A DNA stretch of 63,899 bases, the filler included, from Octopus bimaculoides (lineage: Eukaryota): NCBI RefSeq assembly GCF_001194135.2. It is 4 parts of 4 records of this genome, joined end to end, with 100 filler letters (N's around TTAATTAATTAA, not from the genome) between each part and the next. Parts side by side here need not be neighbours in the genome. Positions count along the whole stretch, not along the records: positions 1 to 28,905 come from NC_068983.1; 3 more parts are not named here. One strand, 5' to 3'. This document shows, in pieces, positions 1 to 10,956 of the stretch (within the stretch, counting starts at the first letter, position 1; each line of letters opens with the position of its first letter). The position numbers were made by a program, and so were the translations under genes. Below the pieces are notes generated by a model. That model did no database searches. It was not told the origin of the DNA and saw only the letters and a program-made list of their open reading frames with translations.

Positions 1-85
1 ACTGTATCCTTCACTCGCCCTAGGAAATTGGGTGTGTCTCGGCGAGTGATTGTAACAAACATGCAGATTAAAAGTAAATAATAAT
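1..85 (+). mobile_element. 3' tail of an unclassified retroelement with terminal stem-loop, running into (TAA)n
   Basis: CACTCGCC...GGCGAGTG 8-bp stem, then GATTAAAAGTAAAT(AAT)n; homologous to 60625-60700 on the minus strand. Confidence 0.5.
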
Positions 86-101
86 AATAATAATAATAAT
101 G

Positions 102-136
<35 letters not shown>
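78..136. repeat. (TAA)n microsatellite
   Basis: Direct reading of the sequence. Confidence 0.95.
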
Positions 137-137
<1 letters not shown>

Positions 138-231
138 GAACTTCTAATTTGTTGTCTCTTGAGGTCTCTGGGTGAGACTTGGATCCAACTTGTACAAATG
201 CAAAACAAAAGTCAAACATAAAATAATAATA

Positions 232-435
232 CTGGTATCAAATTTTGCTACAATTTTGGGGAAGGGATGAGTTGATTACATCAACCCCAGTGTTCAACTG
301 GTACTTATTTTATCGATCCTGAGGGTGAAAAGCAAAGTCAACCTCAGCGGAATTTGAACTCAGAACGTAAAGAGGGACGAAATGCCGCTAAGTATTTTGC
401 CCGGCTGCTAACGATTCCGCCAGCTCGCCGCCTTA
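232..435 (-). mobile_element. tRNA-derived SINE, family C (GGCGGCGAGCTGGCAGAATCGTTAGC head)
   Basis: Reverse complement matches copies at 19858, 20072, 28246, 45611, 51228, 51622 and 55806; B-box-like GAGTTCAAATTCC. Confidence 0.85.
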
Positions 436-486
436 ATAATAAAAATAATAATAATAATAATCATTACTACTACTACTACTACTACT

Positions 487-514
487 ACTAGCTGGACCCG
501 TGAAACATTCACGG
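487..514 (-). mobile_element. Helitron-like 3' terminus
   Basis: Minus strand reads CCGTGAA-TGT-TTCACGG hairpin, then GTCCAG, then CTAG|T. Confidence 0.55.
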
Positions 515-717
515 AAAATATAAAAATGTAAGCATTTGTAAATTGTGTGCAGGTGCCAAGAGAAATGTTTCTATATTGTGTCAGTTACGGAATATAGAAA
601 GACGTGTAAAACCGATAATTATATAATCCAACCAAAATATCTCAGTTTCGCAAACGTAAACAGAATTACTATTTAACTTTAAAATACATCGTACATATTC
701 AAAGAACCTTCTAGTAA

Positions 718-1040
718 TCTTTTACTTGTTTCAGTCATTTGAGAGTGGCCATGTTGGAGCATTCCCCTTTAGTCGAAGAAATCGACCCCTGGACTTATTC
801 CCTGTAAGCTTGGTGCTTATTCTATCAGGCTCTTCTGCCGAACAGCTAAGTTACGGGTACGCAAGCATACAAACATCGGTTGTTAAATAATGGTGGTGGG
901 GGGACAAACACAAACACACACATAAAAAAAATATAATATAATATATATGTATATATATATGACGGGCGTCTTTCAGTTTCCGTCTGCCAAATTCACTCAC
1001 GAGGCTTTAATCGGCCCGAGGCTATACTAGAAGACACCGT
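718..1040 (-). mobile_element. tRNA-derived SINE, family B (internal (TA)n, ...GACTGAAACAAGTAAAAG tail)
   Basis: Reverse complement of the complete copy at 36484-36897. Confidence 0.85.
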
Positions 1041-1504
1041 TTAAAGTATAGCGTTGAATTTCGTGGCAACTTTTCTCCCCCACCCATTTTGTAGGGGGTA
1101 CTCCCATTTTTCTGGGTTCTTTTCACGGCTATACCCCGTTCGAAATTTGCATTAGTTTTTGTATGAAAAAAAGGAAGGGAGGCGGGCTTGTTTGTAGTTT
1201 GTAGAGAAAATATTAAAAGTGCCTGAAAAAAAACAGTCTTTCCCCACCAACTAAAAGATACGAAGAACTATGACAGGAGGCGAATAAGTACCGGGGGTGG
1301 GGGAAAGAAGAGAGAACTAACACTCGATTGTTCTAAAACTCCCAGAATAAAAACGTAAACACCCGAAAGACTTACTCCTCTATTCATTACTAAATGTCTT
1401 TTCCTCTTCTTCACAGTTAAAAGTAAAGAAGCTAGAAAAGATCGATCGTATTTCAGTCTAATTGTCTCTGTTGCTTCACTCTTTTTCTCTACGGTTAAGA
1501 GAGA

Positions 1505-1790
1505 GAAGGTGTGTGGCTCAGTGGTTAGGGATATTCGGCCCACGGTAGTAAATACATGAGTACGATTCCCTACGGTGCTATGTTTTTGAGCAAGGTACTC
1601 TACTTCACTTTACTGCAGTCCACTCAGCTGGCAAAAATGAGTTGTAGCTGTAATTCAAAGGGACCAGCCCTGTTACATCCTGTGTGGGATTGAATCTCCC
1701 TGAGAACTACCTTATGGTATGCATGTGTGTGGAGTACTCAACCATTTGCACGTCAATTTTACGAGAAGAGTTCGTTGATCAGATAAACAG
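1505..1790 (+). mobile_element. tRNA-headed SINE carrying the same central domain as the 3126-3510 SINE
   Basis: Head GTGTGGCTCAGTGGTTAGGG...TACGATTCCC; core TTCAAAGGGACCAGCC...GAATCTCCCTGAGAACTAC...GTGGAGTACTCAACCA. Confidence 0.7.
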
Positions 1791-2346
1791 ATTGTTTCGT
1801 ACATTCTTATATTCGACTGGTAAAAACATAAGATTATGAAATGTGTCAAACAGTTGAATTATTATGGCTGTTCTTTTCATCTTTCGCAGGTTTCACAACT
1901 GGGCTGTAGTCATTCTGTTACATATCAATTACTTCACCTGTCAATTTCTCTGCCGAAAGTTACAGTATTATCAATATTGTCACAGATAAAGAAAAATTTG
2001 TACTTATAGATTCTATGCACGCGTGCGCACTATATCTCTCTCGTACTTGCACATACATTATGTATATGAAGGTGTAAAGTTGTGCAGGAGTACAGAGACT
2101 CGCAATATATCAACTGAAACAGGAATGGTTTATTGTGTCCAGTCCTGCCTTCACAACCTCAATCTCTCGGTCCTTGGTATACCCCTAGTTCCTAAAATCC
2201 ATTTGTATGCATTTGAAAAATATGTACATTGTAAAAAGAAACTAAAAAAAAAAAAGCACAAGAAGCAAAAACAAAAAAAACAAATTCACAAAACAATCTT
2301 CGATATAAATAATGAAAACTAAATAATCTACATCTAATTTATTTAG

Positions 2347-2522
2347 CTGTCACAGTTCTATTGGATTCAGAAATCGTCTACAGACAGTAACCCTCGGTCG
2401 CGGATGTGTACGTAAAGGAATTGCTATGCATGAACTGTTACATGCCTTGGGTTTTTTTCATGAGCAGAGCAGACCCGACCGGGACCATTATATCACAGTT
2501 GTCGAGAGTAATATTCTTAAAG
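2347..2522 (+). CDS. Astacin-family (M12A) zinc metalloprotease, internal exon with the zinc-binding motif
   Basis: Acceptor atttag|C (phase 2), translates CHSSIGFRNRLQTVTLGRGCVRKGIAMHELLHALGFFHEQSRPDRDHYITVVESNILK-G, donor G|GTAAGT (phase 1); HExxHxxGxxHExxRxDRD signature. Confidence 0.95.
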
Positions 2523-3125
2523 GTAAGTTGGGTAAATGATTATCGCTAATAGTAACCTCACAGACTTCTGTCACTAGACTTCATAATTAACGTATGCTTC
2601 GTGGTAGGTACCGTGAAACATGATGTAGAAATTATAGGGAGAAATATCACAAAAAGTTTACTTTGGTGAAGAGGTAAACACAAAACACAAATTATCTTGT
2701 TAGTTTGTCTCTCTCACATGCACATTCAAACCCTCCTCCTTCATATTATTTTTGTACATATTAATTACTATTGAGTTTTCTAATTAGGCCACTTTCAGTT
2801 CATAAGCACGAGAAATATTTCACAAACTGAGATAAAGCAACACTAGAAAGAATACACATTGGAAAAGACCCGCCTCGCACCCCCCCCCCCAATAAGTGAC
2901 TATGTATACAATTATACGCACCAAAACATTTGAATCAGTACATGAGAATCAAATATGCACTAAAACACTTGCATAATCAGGACTCAAAGAAAAAAAAAAA
3001 ATTAACAGAGAAATCATCACAACAAATCAAAATTAAATTGAAGAAAAAAGAAAAAAAAAGCAAGAACCATAACGAGGACGAGACCATCCGAAAATCAAAA
3101 TATCTTCTCTTACAAAGTGACAAAT

Positions 3126-3510
3126 TGTTGTTGGCACTCCGTCGCTTACGACGTCGAGGGTTCCAGTTGATCCAATCAACGGAACAGCCTGCTCGTGAAA
3201 TTAACGGGCAAGTGGCTGAGCACTCCACAGACACGTGTACCCTTAACGTAGTTCTCGGGGAGATTCAGCGTGACACAGTGTGACAAGGCTGGCCCTTTGA
3301 AATACAGGTACAACAGAAACAGGAAGAAAGAGTGAGAGAAAGTTGTGGTGGAAGAGTACAGCAGGGTTCGCCACCACCCCCTGCCAGAGCCGCGTGGAGC
3401 TTTAGGTGTTTTCGCTCAATAAACACTCACAACGCCCGGTCTGGGAATCGAAACCGCGATCCTATGACTGTCAATCCGCTGCCCTAACCACTGAGCCATT
3501 GCGCCTCCAC
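3126..3510 (-). mobile_element. Full-length tRNA-derived SINE (family A1) with 14-bp target-site duplication
   Basis: TSD ACAAAGTGACAAAT at 3112-3125 and 3511-3524; A box TGGCTCAGTGG and B box GTTTCGATTCC on minus; (CAA)n tail. Confidence 0.9.
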
Positions 3511-3635
3511 ACAAAGTGACAAATATCACTATACAAAGTAACCGCCGACAAAATAGCAAATATCTCAATATGAATAACTGCCGACTAAGTAACAAATCAC
3601 AATATGATTAACTGCACAAAATTCGGATTATATCT

Positions 3636-3860
3636 TTTATTGTTTCCTTGTTGCAGTCATTAGACTGAGGCCATGCTGGGGCACCGCCAAGAAGAATTTT
3701 GAGTCGAATGGAATAATTATTAATTTTTGAAACCAGGTACTTATCTTATCGGTGTCTTTGGCCGAACCGCTAAGTTACGGACATGTAAACACACAGACAC
3801 CAGTCGTCAAGCGGTGTTGGGGATAAACATGGACACAAAGACACATACACACATAGTGTA
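3636..3860 (-). mobile_element. SINE family B, 3' half
   Basis: Similarity to the 3' half of 36484-36897. Confidence 0.75.
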
Positions 3861-3914
3861 TATCTATATGTATGTATGTATGTATGCATGCGCGCGCGCG
3901 CGTTAACGAATAGC

Positions 3915-4375
3915 TTCTTAGGTTCTAAGCCAGGATTCAGAACCGAATACATTTTCCTATAAGTTCTCTTCCGATTGTTCTCGACTTTGACACTTAGAAA
4001 TTTATGAGAGTCAACTGTCATTCTTAGTTAATTTCTATCGTTTAAGTAAACATTCTCAGTTTAAATAGGGTTGAGACAGATCAGATATGGAAAATTCTTT
4101 GTCTATCCTGACCAAACTTAGAAAAATTATAAATACGGAACCTTAAATCGGTGCTACCTCTCTGGTCACTTGGTGCCAAACCGAAGAGTATCTATTTCTC
4201 ACCCTTCACCTATGGATTGTCATCGCGCAACAATACAACTTTCTCCCTGTCTGCTTATCAGCCTAGAGAGGTCGACTCTCTTACTCCCTCCCCTTGTTTC
4301 ACCAGTCTTCTAGCAGTCAGCAAAAAATGATTCTAACTAACTACAGAATGGATATCAGTACTGCGAATAAACATT
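3915..4375 (-). repeat. Unclassified dispersed repeat, copy 1 (inverted relative to 26905-27355)
   Basis: Shared blocks such as CTCTCTAGGCTGA-AAGCAGAC, GAGAAATAGATACTCTTC, TAGCACCGATTT and TTTGGTCAGGATAGACAAA. Confidence 0.75.
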
Positions 4376-4823
4376 GTACTACATTGTAAGGATGAAAATA
4401 AGTGGCCATTTCAACCAATAAATGTTTCTCCTCCTTTTCTTTCAATTATTACATACCATCGTTATACTTGGTAAACCCGACTCAAAAATAACCACCTTCT
4501 CATCAACAAAACATGCAACTTTCTACAATTGGAGACGAGAATTGAACAATCAGAACCAACGGTTGAACTGTATTTATCAATAAAATACCTTTGTTGTATT
4601 TTCGGAGAATCCGAACTGTTAAATTCTGCCTTGAAGAAACTAATATGCATCCTTTTCAACTTGAAATACATAGTCTCTACCAAGCTTCATCCGTAAATTA
4701 GTAAGGAAACAAACAAATGTAGTCTTGTGTTGAAATTCGAATTTGCAGTCTAACATTCAACTGGCAACAACATACTTCTTTCTGCGAAAACGACGCAACC
4801 GACCGCGACGCACCTCGCAAAAC

Positions 4824-4865
<42 letters not shown>

Positions 4866-5582
4866 TGATCCAGGGATCGAGGTGTAGGAAGAAGGTTATC
4901 TTCAAGTAATCCGTAGTAAATATAAAAAAACAACTTCCAGGGACAACGCAAACGTTTGTTTTATTGCTGTTATTTCTTTTATTTTGAATTAAGACCGCTT
5001 TCATTTTAACACATTTTATAATACGGCCTATATCTAGCCGAAAGTATAGTTATAATCTCAAATCCTGACGTGCTCGAACAATTCTGAATGCGGATTCGGA
5101 ATCAGCATCCTCGATTTAGTCTAAAACATGCTTTTCCCCAAGTAGCTAAATCTTTGTTGTCCAGCGGTCTCTATACATAAAATTTGACAGAAATTTATGG
5201 GTGAGCGTCTAGCCGGATCGGATGCACAAGGAGCTGCGTTAGCGTTGATATGTAGGTTCGATTCTAGACTGAGTTAGCTCATCATTTTTCAGTCAACTGT
5301 TTGGATAATGCCGCTTTAATCTGAGTATATATATTATGAATTGGTTATTTTATATATATATATATATATATATACAGCAATAAGAAAATGGAGGGGATCA
5401 AGAGGTGGTGTTCATCAACTTTTAGACATTATATTTTGCGTATTTATTTATTTTTTAAATAACCATTATAACAATATACATACATGTAGAACACATTATG
5501 CTTTACATATATAATATATAAAAATATAAATATAACAGTAATTATTAAAATATATAACGTAGAGCATAGGAAGTAGAATAAT

Positions 5583-5706
5583 ATCTTACAGCTGTTTCAG
5601 CCAAGTGGTTATAGTACCCCACTTTACTTTCATCCCTTCAGTGAACTGAAGTTTTTGGTAGATAAGATTAAGGTACTTGGGTGTGCCTCTGGGCTTCGTC
5701 AGAGAG
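5583..5706 (-). ncRNA. Hammerhead ribozyme-like motif (type I, extended stem II), left-arm copy
   Basis: Minus strand: TCT-CTGACGA-AGCC[...]GGCT-GAAAC-AGCT-GTA-AGA, with palindromic ACAGCTGT at stem III. Confidence 0.6.
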
Positions 5707-6266
5707 TTTAGAAAGTTCATAAGGTTAAGTTATAAATATAAATACATACATATATACACACTTTTACATATACATACATATACATAAATATATATAAATA
5801 CATATCTATACATTTATTTGTATATGTATATGCATACAAAGGAATCGATTATTATTATTATTATTAAGTGTATAATATTATTCCAATTAGATACCGTATA
5901 AACAGAGGAAAGAAAAAAATTATCAAAAGAGAAATAATAGTGGAATTTAAAATGATCAATCTATCTTAAGATTATTGTAGTCATATAGGAATGAAACGGT
6001 ATATAAATAAGGAATACATGTATGTACACACACACACATTTACGTACAAACATACCCATAAGTTGAGAAGGGAGGATTACTGTAGTAGTTCGTATATTTC
6101 TTTTTATATAATTATAATAATTATATTCAAACATATATATATGCATATAAATAAATATGCGATATGTTTTCTATTGATGGCTTGAGATAAAGGTCCACAA
6201 CTCTTACCCACTTATTGTGGACCTTTATCTCAAGCCATCAATAGAAAACATACCACATATTTATTC

Positions 6267-6326
<60 letters not shown>

Positions 6327-6764
6327 TTGAGTATAATTATTACAATTATATAAAAAGAAAAATACGAACTACTACAGCAATCCTCCCTTCTCAACACATG
6401 AAATATGTGTCTACATATGGGTATGTTTGTACGTAAATATATATGTGTGTGTGTGTGTATTCCTCATTTATATACCTTTTCATTCCTACATAACTACAAT
6501 AATCTTAAGATAGATTGATCATCTAAATTTCACTATCATTTCTCTTTTGATATTTTTTTCTTTCCTCTGTTTATACGTTATCTAATAGCAATAATATAAT
6601 ACACTTAATAATAATAATAATAATAATTGATTCCTTTATATGCATATACATATACATATAAATGTATAGATATGTATCTATGTATATTTATGTATATGTA
6701 TGCATATGTAAAAGTGTGTATATATGTATTTATATTTATAACTTAACCTTATGAACTTTCTAAA

Positions 6765-6888
6765 CTCTCTGACGAAGCCCAGAGGCACACCCAAGTACCT
6801 TAATCTTATCTACCAAATACTTCAGTTCATTGAAGGGATGAAAGTAAAGTGGGGTACTATAACCTCTTGGCTGAAACAGATGTAAGAT
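6765..6888 (+). ncRNA. Hammerhead ribozyme-like motif (type I, extended stem II), right-arm copy
   Basis: CTGACGA 6769-6775; stem II AGCCCAGAGG/CCTCTTGGCT; GAAAC 6873-6877; AGAT loop; GTA cleavage triplet 6882-6884; stem I TCT/AGA. Confidence 0.6.
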
Positions 6889-7274
6889 ACTATTCTACTT
6901 CCTATGTTCTACGTTATATATTTTAATAATTACTAGTATTTTTATATTTGTATACATTATATATGTAAAGCATATTATGTTATACATGTATGTATATTGT
7001 TATAATGGTTATTTAAAAAAATAAATAAATGGACATAATATAATGTCTAAAAGTTGATGAATACCACCTCTTAATCCCCTCCATTTTCTTATTGGTGTAT
7101 AAATTAAGGATAAAACAACTTTTTACCCTCTCCCATTTATTACATTCAATAGTGTAATTTCCATGCAATGAAAAAACACTTGTGTATTAATAATTGGGTA
7201 TTCTACCAACAGTATATTGGATAGATATTATCCCTTAGTTGGTTGGATTCACAACCACTAACTCTCTTGGAATC

Positions 7275-7346
<72 letters not shown>

Positions 7347-7425
7347 ATGTGGTTGTGTGTGTGTGTATAGAAGTATACTTGGTATAAACACATTCTGTGA
7401 AAACCTACATGCATACATATGTAGC

Positions 7426-8496
7426 TGAGGGTTGTACCGAAAGTATTGCGAAGCAGAGCATACCTTTTTTATTTGTACAAACTGAGAGAATAACTGTTCC
7501 TGCATAGTAACTTTCCTTCCAGTTCTTCATTTCAGGCAAATAATGGGTTCCAAGCGGATGCCATGTGCCGCCATTGAGTTTTTGACCAAAAGGGGTGCAA
7601 ATTATTCGATCTCCATGGAAAGTTACTGAATGTTTATTGAAACGACACCACTGACAAGAGCAATAGATGATGACAAACCGAGCAATGAGCGACCATCAAC
7701 TGCGACCACTGAGACAAATAGCCAGAGAGTGGATGAATTGATTCACACGAACAAACGAGTCACAATCTGTGAGGTGCTGCACTTTGCTCACAGTGAATTA
7801 CAGAAGATGGTAGAATACTTTTGGCACCGTAAAGTGGGTGAAGGAGAGAACGGGGGAAATCTGCTCTGATAGTCTAGAAGCGTTTGAAGTCAATTAAAAT
7901 ACGCTTTACTTTTACGATCTGGTGACAGGAATATGAAACATGGCCGTGTCTTTATGATCCGGAAATGAATGTTCAGTTTATGGAATGGCGTCACGCCATT
8001 TATCCCAGGCTTAAGAAGTTCAAGAGCCTGTGATTGGCACAGAAAGTCAAGATGAATATTTTTGTATTGTTTTTTTTTTTTTTGAATGACAAGGAGCGTA
8101 ATTCACCATGATTTTCTTGAACGCGGCTGTAGCGTAAACGAGCGATACATTGAAACTCTAAGACAGCAAAGAGAAGCAATTAGGTAGAAGAGATCGAACA
8201 AGTATCTAAAAATATTCTGCATTCACCATGAGAATACGCTGTCACACGCATCTTTGGGAATAAATCAAATAATTGGGGAATTGGGTTTTTCAGTGATCTC
8301 CTATCCACTGCTCAGTCCGAGTCTGGCGCCCTTCGACTTCCATCTCTTCGATCCAATGAAGAACGGTTTTTCAACTATATGATGATGCAGACAAGGTGAA
8401 AGTGGCTGTGGGGAAATAGGTACAAGGGTGTAGATATGCATCTGATTAAGTTTTTCAACAGAGAATTTGGGAGTTGTGATACTGAATAGTACCTCG
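7426..8496 (+). mobile_element. Mariner DNA transposon fossil (degenerate transposase) in the astacin intron
   Basis: Decayed motifs DDKPSNERPSTATTETNSQRVDELI, ETWPCLYDPE, MEWRHAIYPRLKKFK, HHENTLSH and SPSLAPFDFHLF; TIR remnants TGAGGG and CCTCG|TA. Confidence 0.85.
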
Positions 8497-8829
8497 TATA
8501 GAGGAAGAATTTCTCTATCAATTTATGCAATTTGAACGACCTATCTCAGTTAATAAGGTTCTGACCACTTTTGCATTTTTTCATATAATTTGTGTTGGGT
8601 GGCCTGGGATGCATGCGCGTGTATTTACATTTATGACTGTTATCAGGAAAATGAAATTCAACTGGACCTCAGCAATCTAAAGCACTCCGTCAGTCAATCA
8701 TTTCTGTTTCCTTACTTCTCTTATATATACACATAAATATAAAAATTTTGTGTTTAATTGCGCATGTATTTCTGAAATAATTTATGCAGGAGTAAAATTG
8801 TCAAACGTTTTATTTAAATATTTCCTTAG

Positions 8830-9047
8830 GTAGAGAAAGTAATTTTAGAATATTTTTCCCACCGACTCTTGACACACAAGGATTTCCATACGATTATAGT
8901 TCCCTTATGCACTATGGAGCACATGCATTTGCACGAGATAGAAGCAAACCTACAATTATTCCCAAAAAGATAGGAGCTCGAATTGGCCAACGAAGTCACC
9001 TTAGCTCCATAGACATTATGGAATTAAAGAAGTTATATCGTTGTTAG
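8830..9047 (+). CDS. Astacin-family metalloprotease, last coding exon (Met-turn, C-terminal Cys, stop)
   Basis: Acceptor tttccttag|GT is phase-compatible with the 2522 donor; GRESNFRIFFPPTLDTQGFPYDYSSLMHYGAHAFARDRSKPTIIPKKIGARIGQRSHLSSIDIMELKKLYRC*; SxMHY motif. Confidence 0.95.
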
Positions 9048-9586
9048 AGATGGGTAAGTTTGAACTTGGATTATAATTGCTTTTCATTCCGTCATTAAAT
9101 CTCTAATGCTTCGCATAAATTTTGGACTCATTTCATCCAATGTTGGTTTTGATCTCTTTCAAGTGATACTGTTACGAATATAATCCTGCACACAAAATGA
9201 GACATGTGTAACTTTTTTCAAAGCCTCTCTAACATGGCAGGAAGGGAGGAAGTTATTCTTAGATTAGCAATTTGAGACAAATGCTTCATTTATACTGAAC
9301 CCGCTAAAGACATTAATAGGCCAGTTTGTGATGTTAAACTGGGCAATGAATTGTTGACTCAAGGAGGCTATGGTGGAAGACATTTTCGCAAGGTGTTACA
9401 CTGTGAGGTGGTATTCGAACTCAAAACCACTTAGGTGTGAAGCAAACTTCTTAAACCAAACAACTACTCTCATAAATAATTTTCATTATATTCTATCTTA
9501 CGGACTGTAAATAATCATATGCTTAACATATTCAGTTAATATATTACTCAGTATTGTTTGTTGATAGCAAGTAATATCTCTTTATA

Positions 9587-9900
9587 TCTATATATATGAA
9601 AGTTAGATTGTGTGTGTGTCTGTTTGTCTGTATGTGTGCATCATTACACCTCGAGAACTAGCCAACTGATTTCATTCAAATTTTACACATACAATACTTA
9701 GGGTCCATGGAGTGTCATGGGCCAAAAGAAAAGTTCAACTTCTTGTCTAAAACGAGCCCGGGGTAATCTCTTAGACTGTTTCTGTATTACGCGTCAAAAG
9801 TGAAACAAAAACATCTCTAATGTGAGATAATAGTTTCAGTTTTAATAGTTTCACTATTAATACTTTCACTATGTATATAATATATACATAGTGAACCTAT
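9587..9900 (+). mobile_element. Non-autonomous Helitron-like 5' portion
   Basis: A|TCTATATATATGAAAG start followed by GTGTGTCTGTTTGTCTGT microsatellite; 3' end not found. Confidence 0.4.
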
Positions 9901-10281
9901 TATCTCACATTACATACATACACACACATACACACGTACACGCACACGCATATTGCCATTGAAAATTCTGAAAATAATATCATCATATTTGGAACATGGA
10001 ACTTCATGAGAAATAGACAACGGTGAAGGGGAGAAAAAAGGGAATTAGAAAAAGGATGAGGGAGAAAACGATATGGGGAGAAAACAGTATAGAGTAGAAT
10101 CGCATCAAAAAGATTAAGATAAACTTACTTAGATATAGATGCGTGACGTTCAATCAAATAATAATATAAATGTGTGTGTGTGTGTGTGTATGTGTAGACA
10201 CAGGCTTTCAGTACGTTGTACAGTGGATAACTCGAGAGTAAAAAAACCCACGTTGTCCTTCTTATGCTGCCATTTTATATG

Positions 10282-10956
10282 GCCCTCTTAGACATGCCCT
10301 CGGTCACTCGGACAGCCACTGTCACTAGCAATGTCAATGATACAAAATTATCACAGGCAATAAAAAACCAAGATGATGTCAGAAGCTTACAGCAGGACCT
10401 AAATTCAATATACAAGTAGGCCAAAATGAACATGTTGGAAAATTTCAAGCACTGCACTCTCAACTTACGAGTACAGTACAATCTACATATACAAGATCCA
10501 AAGGCACTATAATCCTAGAGTCACAGGCAGTGAAAGACTTGGGGATCAGTATGGGCAATGACGCATCATTTTATATGCACATTAGCAAGATAGCAGCAAA
10601 GTGCAGACAACTGGCAGGATAGATACTGAGGTCCTTCAAGACAAGAGGCCAAGAAACTATGTTGACTCTGTGGACTACTGCTCCCAGTTATGTTCAGCAC
10701 ATAGTATCAAACTAACAGCGGAGCTTGAAGCAGTCCAACGCCACTACACTAAAAAATTGAAACAGTGGAGTGGATGAGCTACAGGGATAGGCTGAGAAAA
10801 CTACAGCTTTACTCCCTGGAGCGAAGGCATGAGAGATATGGAATAATATACATATGAAAAATCCTAGAAGGGATAGTATCTAACTTTGGCATTGAGTGTT
10901 ATACAAATGCCAGAACTGGCCGCCATTGTATTGTACTAAAGGTACCATCCACTCCA

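Larger units (their letters stand above)
5370..7101. repeat. Long inverted repeat (foldback): arms ~5370-6200 and 6215-7101, 14-nt loop
   Basis: Centre ...CTTGAGATAAAGGTCCACAA-ctcttacccactta-TTGTGGACCTTTATCTCAAG...; arms align end to end at roughly 90% by eye. Confidence 0.95.

Noticed and set aside
137-225. Short unique segment between two (TAA)n tracts as another Dong 3' UTR
   Set aside because: No coding remnant and no second copy in the window to support it
1890-1990. Strong acceptor (ttcttttcatctttcgcag) upstream of the astacin exon as a further coding exon
   Set aside because: No frame gives astacin-like sequence with a convincing donor; the similar acceptor at ~1415 also fails
2930-3283. 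ORFs MNQYMRIK... and the recurring MSVECSATC... ORFs (2977, 12472, 15212)
   Set aside because: They are translations of SINE family A1 plus A-rich flank, not genes
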